A DNA stretch of 64,000 nucleotides from IMG/VR virus record IMGVR_UViG_3300035454_000688, positions 12,544-76,543 of that record. One strand, written 5' to 3'. The position numbers and the translations under genes were made by a program. Positions 8,166 to 17,418 of this stretch are shown one piece after another (position 1 is the stretch's first letter; each line of letters starts with the position of its first letter). The DNA is from a virus. Taxonomy: Duplodnaviria > Caudoviricetes. Below the pieces are notes generated by a model. The model ran no database searches and was not told the DNA's origin. It worked only from the letters and a program-made list of their open reading frames with translations.

Positions 8166-9929
8166 TTACTTAATCAGATGTGCAACGATTTTAACTGCTG
8201 AATTGCTTCTTAGCTGAGCCATCGTGATATCTACGTTAGCCCCATTAACAGCTGCAGTGAATGTTCCGAGAGGCGCTGTTGTGTTTGCTCCACCCGATGC
8301 CGGAGGAGAAGCCACGACACCATAGACAGCAACATATGCGTCTGTTCCATCGTGAGCGACGACCATCTCAGCAATCTGGTTGTTACCAGCGTTTGTCGCT
8401 TGAACCATTAGCTTACCTGTTCTGTAGGTAGCCTTGGGGAAGCTATAGATTAGTCTTGGCGAAGCTAATGTTCCGATGTTACCGTTTGCGACTACATCGA
8501 TGACATAGTCTGTGTTGAATGTAGCTGCTCCAGTGATTGCAACCGCATTGGAGAATGTAGCATTGCCTGTGACAGCAACCGCATTTGAGAAAGTAGCGTT
8601 ACCTGTGACAGTAAATGTATTGGATAGCGAAGCAGCTCCAACAACACCCAACGCTCCACCTATGTTTGCAGCACCAGCGATGTTTGCTGTGCTCGAGACA
8701 TTAATGAAGCCTGTTACGGTTGTGTTACCAACACTAGCTACGTTTGCTACAATCAACTGACCGTTAGCTACCACGTTTGCTCGGAAGCTCGCCACTCCAC
8801 CAACGTTAGCAGTAGTCGATACGTCAAGGAAACCGGTAATACTCGAATTGCCAACACTTATCGTGTTCGCAACAGTTAGCTGACCGTTGGCTATGACATC
8901 CGATCGGAAAGATGCAATGCCTCCAACGTTAGCTGTCGAAGATATGTTGATGAAACCAGTAAGTGTTGAGTTGCCAACACTAATAGCATTGGATACTAGC
9001 AACTGACCGTTAGCTACCACGTTTGCTCGGAAATTGGCTACACCACCCACGTTGGCAGTAGTCGAGACGTTAATAAAACCTGTGAGCGAAGTGTTGCCAC
9101 CAGCAATTGTTGTTCCTACTTGTAAGGAACCAGCAACATTAGCAGATGATGAAACGTTAATAAAACCGGTTACCGTTGTATTGCCGGTCGCAAGTGTATT
9201 GGCGATTGTTGTAGCGCCGTTAGCAATAAAGGTTCCACCCACACGAGCGTTGCCGGAGACGTTTGCTGTGCCCGCGACACCAATAGTTGCATCAGGAGTA
9301 GTTGTTCCAACCCCTAGTCTATCATTTGCTGCATCAACAAAAACAGTATTAGTATCGAAGTTGACGTTACCTGCAATGGTGTGATTAGCGCCAGAGATAA
9401 CAACATTGGCCGAAATGGTTACTAGGTTACCAGCAATAGTAGTATTGGTTGATGAAGAGTTGGCAGCAATCGCAATTGCTGTGATAGATCCATTTGACTT
9501 GAACGACTGAGTGTTCGAGGTAACTGTTACCACTCTTGCGGTTGCAACGACATTTGATGTAATGTCTAGTTGCGTTCCGTTAATAAAAACGTTCGCGCCA
9601 GTAGCTGCAATGTTTGCTGTGAATGTAGTATTAGAAGCAACATTGACTGCTGCCCCTGTGAATACGGTATTAGATGTGATGTTTAGATTAGCAGCAGTGC
9701 TAGTAGTGCCACCACGAAGAGCTGTTTCAGCGATCAGTGTGTTAGCAGCAAAGCTACCATACAATCTTGCGTTACGCTGAGCTGCTGGCGTACCAGTGTT
9801 TGCAAACGTACTGTTGGCAGTTATAACTTCTGTCGACAAGGCGTCGAGCATCTTGTTGGATTGCTCAACCCAAATGCCGAATGTTTGTGTGGTAACGTCA
9901 ACGTTTGCTAATGGTGGTATAATGGCCAT
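8166..9929 (-). CDS. Asn/Thr/Ala-rich fibre or baseplate-attached virion protein
   Basis: N-terminal VTTQTFGIWVEQSN anchor-like motif, LFVDAAND-like RLGVGTTTP fibre motif, internal beta-repeats. Confidence 0.65.
   Translation of the reverse strand: MAIIPPLANVDVTTQTFGIWVEQSNKMLDALSTEVITANSTFANTGTPAAQRNARLYGSFAANTLIAETALRGGTTSTAANLNITSNTVFTGAAVNVASNTTFTANIAATGANVFINGTQLDITSNVVATARVVTVTSNTQSFKSNGSITAIAIAANSSSTNTTIAGNLVTISANVVISGANHTIAGNVNFDTNTVFVDAANDRLGVGTTTPDATIGVAGTANVSGNARVGGTFIANGATTIANTLATGNTTVTGFINVSSSANVAGSLQVGTTIAGGNTSLTGFINVSTTANVGGVANFRANVVANGQLLVSNAISVGNSTLTGFINISSTANVGGIASFRSDVIANGQLTVANTISVGNSSITGFLDVSTTANVGGVASFRANVVANGQLIVANVASVGNTTVTGFINVSSTANIAGAANIGGALGVVGAASLSNTFTVTGNATFSNAVAVTGNATFSNAVAITGAATFNTDYVIDVVANGNIGTLASPRLIYSFPKATYRTGKLMVQATNAGNNQIAEMVVAHDGTDAYVAVYGVVASPPASGGANTTAPLGTFTAAVNGANVDITMAQLRSNSAVKIVAHLIK
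8690..9085 (-). repeat. Three tandem 41-aa (123-nt) repeats
   Basis: TGFINVSTTANVGGVANFRANVVANGQLLVSNAISVGNSTL and variants; a near-30-nt exact DNA match at about 8755 and 9001, 246 nt apart. Confidence 0.8.
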
Positions 9930-9930
9930 C

Positions 9931-10113
9931 TTAATTCCTGTTAATAACTTGGGCCAAAAGGGCTTTGATTTGAGTTAGCTCATCTTTGAGGTTATTCACT
10001 TCCTCAGAAACTTCTCGAGACCTTTTGTCAGACTCACGTTGCCCAACAATAGCCTTATAGTAGCTATCATCTGTATTTATAATAACACCCTGAGAGTCTC
10101 GAACATATGACAC
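9931..10113 (-). CDS. Small conserved hypothetical protein downstream of the DUF4815-like genes
   Basis: GTG start overlapping the upstream TAG; GVIINTD motif and coiled-coil tail. Confidence 0.6.
   Translation of the reverse strand: MSYVRDSQGVIINTDDSYYKAIVGQRESDKRSREVSEEVNNLKDELTQIKALLAQVINRN
10074..10081 (-). promoter_or_regulatory. T4-type late promoter TATAAATA
   Basis: Exact match inside the small ORF, upstream of the 9929 fibre gene. Confidence 0.5.
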
Positions 10114-12278
10114 TATGCTGACACCCCAATAACTTGAATTTGATCAATCTTTGGAGCAAGATATGTGTTGTCTGCCAGGAATACAATCTTGATCTGCATT
10201 GCATTGAACTTGTCGAATGTCATCAGAGAAGAGTTGTAGTAGCGACACACGTTGTCGTTTGTGATGTTGTTGAAAGCAGTGTTGTAGTATTTGAGCCTAT
10301 CGACCTTGAAACCCGATCCGACAACATTGTTATCAGCAATAACTGTTTCTAGCTGAATGGCCGAAGAGTTAGCAGCTGATACAACATCAATGATGTAGTC
10401 TTCAGGAATCAAAGGATTGTATAGCTTTACAACATCACCCGCAGCTACATATGAGGTTGGAGTGACACCAGCGGCTACTATACTGTTGCTGCTTAGAGTT
10501 GTAGTGAACGTGCCAGGTAGGACGTTGGCGCTATCTGCATATAGTGGTAGGCCTAGTTCATATTCTACGAAATCATTTTGATCGTCCTTCGAACTGAAGC
10601 GACCAGCGTTCTCTTTATACACAAGTGGAGTCCAAGCACGATCGTCGAACGCGTCTGGATCCGCTGAGTTGTGAACTCTCGTATAGACTTTAATATCTGT
10701 GTTGGCTGGTCTATATGCAGTCATGTACACTCGCACATCTTCGGCGAATCTATTATTAGCAAATGACACCTTAGTGGTGACGTGCTTGCTCTCTGCGTTG
10801 TAGGGACCAGCAACTTCTGAATCAATCACAACAGAGTTTGCATCCGTAGTTGTATATGTGTTCGAGATCACGTTTGTGATGACAAACATATCTAGTTGAG
10901 CTTCGTCGATAGAAGGAGCTATGTAGAGCTCGACGTTAGATGCATTGACGGTCAATGTTGTATTTGCAACTACAGATGGTCTATTCACACGGAAGCCACC
11001 ACCGTCAAGGGCATTCGCCTGAGGTAGGTTAGTGTTATCAATTTCGAGCGAACGAGATTGGATGTAAGCATCATACTGGTTGATATTACGCAACGTACTC
11101 TCGTTAAGACTTAGCTTGACCTGGTTGTTGTAGCTGAACAGATACGAAGCACCAGACTTGTATGCAAACGTCAGCTTCTCGTCAATCGTGCCCTTCGAAG
11201 GCAGCGTCAAGTCGGTGTTCAGCTTCACGCGGTCTGCCGAAATATTATCTACAGAGGTTATTGTACAGTTAGCGCGCGAGTCTTCTCCATAGAGAAGGTT
11301 ACTATTTGCTTGGAATTTGAAATCTGTATTGGCAGCATTCGAGCCTTTGAGATATAGCTTTCTACGAGCGGAGTTGTAGTAGTGGACCTGTCCAACCGGT
11401 GCGAACATCCAATTGGTTCCTGTGTTCGAATGAACAATTGTCGACGTGGTCTCAATGTAAGAAGAGTTGACTACATTGAGAACTTCTACTACATCTCTAA
11501 AAGACGTGTTAGACCACAGCACGAGCTTGTTACCAGAAACGATACCAGCAGATGAGAAATCAGCGCCTTCCGATGCTGTAGACTGGATAACAGTCGTTCC
11601 GGAAGTAAACTGTACGTTACCGGTTGAGTTAGCTACTTGCTGGAATACGTATTCACCACCAATGAATCTTCCATTGACATTGCCAATAGTAAAGAATTCA
11701 TAGTTGTCAGGAACATACGCTTCTGTAACTGTATTATCAACATACTGAGCACACTTCAAAGCGAACTTGAGATCTGAGTCAGACTGAGGCTTATATGTTC
11801 CGGCATTGGTGGAAAGGTACAACTTACCATCCTTGACTAGGTTAGAGCCAGGAGAAGCGTTGTTGGTTCCAACCAGCTTATCGCCTAGTCTATTAGTCCA
11901 TAGCTCAAAGGCTGGATCTTCAAACGTAATGATGATGCCATAGAATCTTCCTGTAGGCACCGTCAATGACTTGTTGAAGCCAAATGTTACAGAGCTCGAT
12001 GCGTCACTGAACCCTGGAGAAATTTCGTTGTATGACTTGATGCCATACACTCCGGCGAACACCTTCGACAGATCAGGTTCGTTTTCTGTAAGCTCACATA
12101 TACGCACGATGACGTTTGGATTCGTCTTTCCAGTCACACCGGGCACAATAAACAGAGGCTTAAAAAACAGATCGACAGATGTCAGCGTTACCGTCCCACT
12201 CTTGTTGACGATATCGGGATCTGCATAAAACGTCTGAATCATGCTAAAGTTTGTAATAGTTTCAAATGAGTTATTCAT
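10113..12278 (-). CDS. Virion structural protein resembling the C-terminal part of VrlC/DUF4815 proteins
   Basis: QTFY...TLTSVDLFF...SDLKF...EDVRVYMTAYRP..TDIKVY...FNAMQIKIVF..PKI motifs. Confidence 0.65.
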   Translation of the reverse strand: MNNSFETITNFSMIQTFYADPDIVNKSGTVTLTSVDLFFKPLFIVPGVTGKTNPNVIVRICELTENEPDLSKVFAGVYGIKSYNEISPGFSDASSSVTFGFNKSLTVPTGRFYGIIITFEDPAFELWTNRLGDKLVGTNNASPGSNLVKDGKLYLSTNAGTYKPQSDSDLKFALKCAQYVDNTVTEAYVPDNYEFFTIGNVNGRFIGGEYVFQQVANSTGNVQFTSGTTVIQSTASEGADFSSAGIVSGNKLVLWSNTSFRDVVEVLNVVNSSYIETTSTIVHSNTGTNWMFAPVGQVHYYNSARRKLYLKGSNAANTDFKFQANSNLLYGEDSRANCTITSVDNISADRVKLNTDLTLPSKGTIDEKLTFAYKSGASYLFSYNNQVKLSLNESTLRNINQYDAYIQSRSLEIDNTNLPQANALDGGGFRVNRPSVVANTTLTVNASNVELYIAPSIDEAQLDMFVITNVISNTYTTTDANSVVIDSEVAGPYNAESKHVTTKVSFANNRFAEDVRVYMTAYRPANTDIKVYTRVHNSADPDAFDDRAWTPLVYKENAGRFSSKDDQNDFVEYELGLPLYADSANVLPGTFTTTLSSNSIVAAGVTPTSYVAAGDVVKLYNPLIPEDYIIDVVSAANSSAIQLETVIADNNVVGSGFKVDRLKYYNTAFNNITNDNVCRYYNSSLMTFDKFNAMQIKIVFLADNTYLAPKIDQIQVIGVSA

Positions 12279-12331
12279 TAGAATCCTCTGTCTTTAAATA
12301 CTGTTCTTATTTATTGTGCTTTTGAATGGGC

Positions 12332-15300
12332 TCAAACCTCGTGGAAGTTATTTTGGGCTACCCAATCTCTAGCACCGCCACCGCCACCTGGTCCATTATC
12401 AATCCTATCCACAGATGGAATTGCTGCTGGTTGAGGAGGAGCATTAAACACTCTCTTAATGTAGTTCTTAACCTGGATTAGAGATTCAGAGAACGACGAT
12501 CCATCAGTGTTGACAACTCTTACTGCCTTACTTGCCGCGACCATTTCTGTCGCCGCTGCTGCCTCTGAAGTAACATCAACCGATTCGATAGTTGGGTAGT
12601 AATAGTAAACGAAGACCATCTCACCGTTGCTATCGGTCTGCAGACCACCACCTAAGATTTTACCAACTTGCTTACAAGAAGCAGTCTTGTCAGTTCCCTC
12701 AACAAAGAACTTGTGAGCTGTGTCGGGTCGTAGGCCAGTTAGTTTGACCTCGAATGCTTGCTCACCTGCAATCACTCCTGGATCGTTTGGATTGATACCT
12801 GGGCTCGCTGGGTTGAATAACGAGAAGTTAAAGTTGATAGGGGACATTGCTGGAGCTCCAATGAAGCCCCATGATCCGTTCCAGAACGACATATCGAAGC
12901 CGGTTGTTGGCGAGAAGCCATTGACGTAGCTTTGCTCGGTTTCTGTCACATCGGCAGGATAATATAGCTTGAAGCCATATGTGCCTGACTTGCCCTGACC
13001 ACCATGGTTTTTGCCCTTGTACACACGGATCTTGTAGTAGCGGCCGCTAGCTGGATTGTGTGTCCAAAGTAGCTTGAGCTGATCTTCGTGCCAGATGCTT
13101 GTTCCAGTGAAGTAGTATCCCTTAGCTGTGAGAGATCCAGGGTTCTCAATCTTACGACCGCCATTCAGTACACGGAGGCCATTAGTATCGATATCTGGTG
13201 TCGTGATAGCCTGAGCATCCGATCCAGAGTTTCTTACAACATTTGTCCATGGACCGTTTTCTGATTGGCTTTGATAGATCAGAACACCGATGTTATTATC
13301 TCGGCTGTTAATATAGAATTGAGCCGCACCACTAGATTCGCTGAATGTATAGAAGTACTCGTCAAAGTAAACACCTGTGTCGGAATTCAGTCTATTCTTT
13401 TCGCTTTCGATAACAGCTAGTGTCTTGGTAACAACCGTGGGAGCTGTGTTTTGCTGCGTGACAGGTGTAACTGTAATCGTACCCGTTGTGATATCATTAT
13501 TACCAGCAGGTGGCATTGGCGGATACACAGGTGTGACTGGTATGACAGGACCGCTTGTTGCGTCTGGTTGAGCTAAGAATGTCTTCTCGATAAACGGAAG
13601 TGTGGTTGTAGCTCCGCCACTGACAGGCACCAACGGAAGGTTGATCTCTTCTACTCTTGGCGACAGATAGCCATCGACGATAGCCGCGTTGTATTGAGGA
13701 TTAGAAGTTTCCGCATAGTTATAGTCGTTGAATCCGTCAACGAAGAAGCCAAACTTAAATCTATCGATGTTAGAGTTAGCAGAGCTCGGAATCACTCTCT
13801 TTTGAGTTTGAGCCTCTACAAGAGTATAGGCAACATAGCGCTCAAGCGTCTGTAGACGTCTGTCAAGCGCACCAATGTCAACCATTGTATATCCACGTGG
13901 TTGTTCAACAGAGCGCTGAGCATCGTTCATAGGAGCTTCTACACGGTAGGCAAGCATTCTACGATTGCTGTATGTTTCATTCGCCATCTTGTTATTGAAG
14001 AAGTCGAGCGTTTCAGCTGACAGTTTCTTAGGATGTGATGGGTATGGTGGGATCTGTAGAATGTTGATCGTCATCGCATCCGAAGGCGCGGCTGGCGGAT
14101 CAGCGGATCCTGGTGTGCCCTTCATGATGCTGAAGTCGCCCGTCTCATCAATGATTACACGATCGGTACGACCAAGGTAGTACTCGATAATGCCGGTCAG
14201 ATTCGAATCAGGGGCAGGGAACTTCTTGTCCGTTGTACCGAACTTATCAGCTTCTGCCCTTTCTTCTGGATTGATAGGAGCTGAGGCTGCTGTAGCGTTA
14301 GGTGTTGCATTTGCTACCGAGATAGGACGGAAGTCAAACTGATCACGTAGGTCGTAATACTCACCCTTCGTTCCATACACTTCAGGAATTTCCAATGTGT
14401 TGATGGAAGATGTAGATGAAGCTAGAGCAAGAGTGTCGTTGATTGTGTATGTGCCACCCGAGCCAGGCGCCTTGAGGCCTTCTTCAGCATAGGTGAAGTG
14501 ATCAAACTTTACAAGCAAGAAGTCAGAAGTTGTGATCGCAGTATTTGCATCAGACTTTCTGTACAGATACGACATACCATAGAAGTTTTCGTTCTGGTTA
14601 TGGTCGATGTAGTACTCGCTTGTAACATCTACGACACTAGTATCTCCTGGAGCGAATGATGCATTCGAACCAAGGAACACACCCTTGACGTGGAAGATAT
14701 CCGGAACCCCGAGAGCCCAAGGACCTGTATTCGTCGTGGCGTTGTTCGAAAGTTGTAGGCGAATAAACTTATCACGGTTGACAGTCTTTGCTACAGGAGC
14801 TGTTCCAGACGAACGAACGTTATATGCAACTGCAACCTTAGTGGCCACATTAACAGCCGACCCAAGATTAATCAATAGTGTGCTCGCGGTAGCGTCAACA
14901 TTAGCAGATCTACCAGCGCGAAGAGAAATTGGGACATACTGTGGGAAGTACATTACGGTGTTACCGTTGGTAACTGCTGATGATGGATTAGCTGTTGTTG
15001 TCATCACTGAAGTATTAACAACAGTCGCAATCTGAACAATCGTCGAGTGCGAGGCGTTCGCAATTTTAACGAAGTCCCCCGCCTCAAAAGCTGAGGTGAA
15101 AGATGTGCTCGCGCCACCAGTAATGGTAGTGCTGCTAGCAGTACAGTTTACCGTACCAGCCGCGTTAGCCGCAAACTGAGCATTCGCCATCGGTGTGATG
15201 ATTAGATCTTGCTCTTGAGCCGGCGATAGAGTGGCCCCTGCTGTGTATGGGAAAGTCTCGCTCCCTGTAGCAGCAATTGTGACCAATCCACCTGTAGTGA

Positions 15301-17413
15301 TTCCGTAGCTGTTGGCTGTGTCGATAGTTCTATACACATACGAGAACGAGTTACCAGACTTCACAGCCGGACGTCCAGCGTAGTAGAGAAGAGATGAAAG
15401 ATTGCTGTCCTTCAACACTGCCTTACCATCTTCAAGCACTACATCACATACACCCTTATAGTCACCATCGTAGAAGACTGATTGAATAAGGGAGAAGTTG
15501 CGTGCTGTGGCAAGCTGGATGTCAAACAGATACAGTCTGTATACACAGTTGCCGGATCCAGGAACACCCGACTCCACTGTAAGTGAGCGGATGCGCGCTG
15601 TTCCTAAGGCAGTTCCAAGGCTAGTTGGGCTGCTTGTTGATGGTACGTCCCCGGCATTTCCGCCCGAGATGAAGTTTCTAGCGGTAGGGTAAAGAGTTAC
15701 TCGATCGCCTACATTGAACTTAAAGATCCCACCAAGCTCATCAACTCTGATGTAGCTACCGTAGTTGAGAGAGATGTTAGCGTTATTAGCAATGAATGTG
15801 TCAGTGCCCTTGTCAACAGTTGCTGTATAAGCACGCACTGTTTCTAGACGATTGCCGTTGAGATATGCTACACCTGGATCGATGCTAACACGGAACGATG
15901 TAGCCTCTGCAGAAATAGACGCAGCGTTAATGGTATTGAGAATGAATGGATCGACAACATAGTTACCCGATTCTTCTCTTGTTCTTCTTGCTATCTCTTT
16001 ACCGAGAATGTTGTATTGAGTCTGCTGGATCTGCTTGTATGGGTTGCCCTCAGAGAACTCTACGATCGAGAAGAAGTCTGAATTAGCATCTGCCTCAGCC
16101 TTTGTTTTAACAACAAGAGTTGGAGTCAGCTTAAGACGATTTGCGCCAGGAGCTGTTACGTTAGGCTCACCAGTCGCGTTATCAAGAAGCGAAGGATCCT
16201 GATTTGAATTCAGAATAGACTCAGAAGTATCAAAACCTACGGCCTTGTTGAAGGCTGTGTTAGAATATTTCTCTACGAGCACCATATGCTCATTGACGCG
16301 AGTGAAGTATCCCTTTTGATAAATTACACCCTTACCAACTGTCACACCGTAGCCAGATCCCACTGGTCCATCTTGCACGGATGAGTTAGCAACAGTCACC
16401 TGAGTGAGGAACGACTGAGCTCTTAGATCGGCGGTTGTAATCTGATCCGTTGTGGCTCCAATAGACTGAACCGATACGGTAGGAAGAACATAGTAGCCCG
16501 ATCCTTTTTGTGTCACGGTCAGTGAGTTGACCTCACCATTGATCGACCCCGTTCTCATTGTTACAGCAGCGCCCGAACCAACAATGCCAACGAGCTTGAC
16601 AATATCAGAATTAGCTCCACCGATTTGTTGCACGTTGGTGTTTACAGAAAATGTCCACTTTTGTGTATTGGCCGCTTTCAAATCAGCTGATAGAGGCTTA
16701 ATACGAACGATAATCGCTTCGGAGTTAGATGTTGTATCAACACCAACAATCTGAACGTTCGCCAAACCGGGTCCGGCTGTCAGATACTGACCGTTTGCAA
16801 TAGTGTTAGTAAGAGCCGTACCACCGCTTGAGTTTTGTACCGCAACAGCGCTCAGCACCACAATAGAGTCGGCATTCGAGAAACCGGCCGAATCATTGAA
16901 TGAGATAATCTTTTCAATTGGATTCGAAGGCTTGTATACAGTTAGCGTATCATTTGCTACGAACTGTTGGCGTTCTGTAGAGGTAGAATCAATGTTAGCA
17001 TAGCCAGAGTTAAGATACTTAACATAAACCGTCTTAAGATCAGGAGATCTCGACTCATATCCATCTACTACTGTTTGAATAGATGCAATAAGAGGAGATA
17101 CGTTCGCAGTATCCTTGACGTAATATCCAACGAGCTCATTCACGTTGATTGGCGCGCCGTCTGTCTGGTTATCTTTGAGCTTTACATATTGTAGAGCTGA
17201 CTGGAGTGTGATGTCACATCCATCGATGATAGTACCACGCTTGAAGATGTGATCGCCGAAACGTTCGATCTGCTTCTGAAGAATAGTCTGAAACTGATTG
17301 AGCTCGCGAGCCTGCACAGCCACTCCAGGGCGGAACAGGATCTTATAGTAGTCCTTGTTCTCATCATAGTCGTCAAAATATGGAGAGACGCTTAGATCTG
17401 TCTGAATAGGCAT
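12332..17413 (-). CDS. VrlC-like / DUF4815 virion structural protein
   Basis: N-terminus SPYFDDYDENKDYYKILFRPGVAVQARELNQFQTILQKQIERFG; PGANRLK; RFKFGFFVDGF. Confidence 0.85.
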   Translation of the reverse strand: MPIQTDLSVSPYFDDYDENKDYYKILFRPGVAVQARELNQFQTILQKQIERFGDHIFKRGTIIDGCDITLQSALQYVKLKDNQTDGAPINVNELVGYYVKDTANVSPLIASIQTVVDGYESRSPDLKTVYVKYLNSGYANIDSTSTERQQFVANDTLTVYKPSNPIEKIISFNDSAGFSNADSIVVLSAVAVQNSSGGTALTNTIANGQYLTAGPGLANVQIVGVDTTSNSEAIIVRIKPLSADLKAANTQKWTFSVNTNVQQIGGANSDIVKLVGIVGSGAAVTMRTGSINGEVNSLTVTQKGSGYYVLPTVSVQSIGATTDQITTADLRAQSFLTQVTVANSSVQDGPVGSGYGVTVGKGVIYQKGYFTRVNEHMVLVEKYSNTAFNKAVGFDTSESILNSNQDPSLLDNATGEPNVTAPGANRLKLTPTLVVKTKAEADANSDFFSIVEFSEGNPYKQIQQTQYNILGKEIARRTREESGNYVVDPFILNTINAASISAEATSFRVSIDPGVAYLNGNRLETVRAYTATVDKGTDTFIANNANISLNYGSYIRVDELGGIFKFNVGDRVTLYPTARNFISGGNAGDVPSTSSPTSLGTALGTARIRSLTVESGVPGSGNCVYRLYLFDIQLATARNFSLIQSVFYDGDYKGVCDVVLEDGKAVLKDSNLSSLLYYAGRPAVKSGNSFSYVYRTIDTANSYGITTGGLVTIAATGSETFPYTAGATLSPAQEQDLIITPMANAQFAANAAGTVNCTASSTTITGGASTSFTSAFEAGDFVKIANASHSTIVQIATVVNTSVMTTTANPSSAVTNGNTVMYFPQYVPISLRAGRSANVDATASTLLINLGSAVNVATKVAVAYNVRSSGTAPVAKTVNRDKFIRLQLSNNATTNTGPWALGVPDIFHVKGVFLGSNASFAPGDTSVVDVTSEYYIDHNQNENFYGMSYLYRKSDANTAITTSDFLLVKFDHFTYAEEGLKAPGSGGTYTINDTLALASSTSSINTLEIPEVYGTKGEYYDLRDQFDFRPISVANATPNATAASAPINPEERAEADKFGTTDKKFPAPDSNLTGIIEYYLGRTDRVIIDETGDFSIMKGTPGSADPPAAPSDAMTINILQIPPYPSHPKKLSAETLDFFNNKMANETYSNRRMLAYRVEAPMNDAQRSVEQPRGYTMVDIGALDRRLQTLERYVAYTLVEAQTQKRVIPSSANSNIDRFKFGFFVDGFNDYNYAETSNPQYNAAIVDGYLSPRVEEINLPLVPVSGGATTTLPFIEKTFLAQPDATSGPVIPVTPVYPPMPPAGNNDITTGTITVTPVTQQNTAPTVVTKTLAVIESEKNRLNSDTGVYFDEYFYTFSESSGAAQFYINSRDNNIGVLIYQSQSENGPWTNVVRNSGSDAQAITTPDIDTNGLRVLNGGRKIENPGSLTAKGYYFTGTSIWHEDQLKLLWTHNPASGRYYKIRVYKGKNHGGQGKSGTYGFKLYYPADVTETEQSYVNGFSPTTGFDMSFWNGSWGFIGAPAMSPINFNFSLFNPASPGINPNDPGVIAGEQAFEVKLTGLRPDTAHKFFVEGTDKTASCKQVGKILGGGLQTDSNGEMVFVYYYYPTIESVDVTSEAAAATEMVAASKAVRVVNTDGSSFSESLIQVKNYIKRVFNAPPQPAAIPSVDRIDNGPGGGGGARDWVAQNNFHEV

Positions 17414-17418
17414 TTAAC

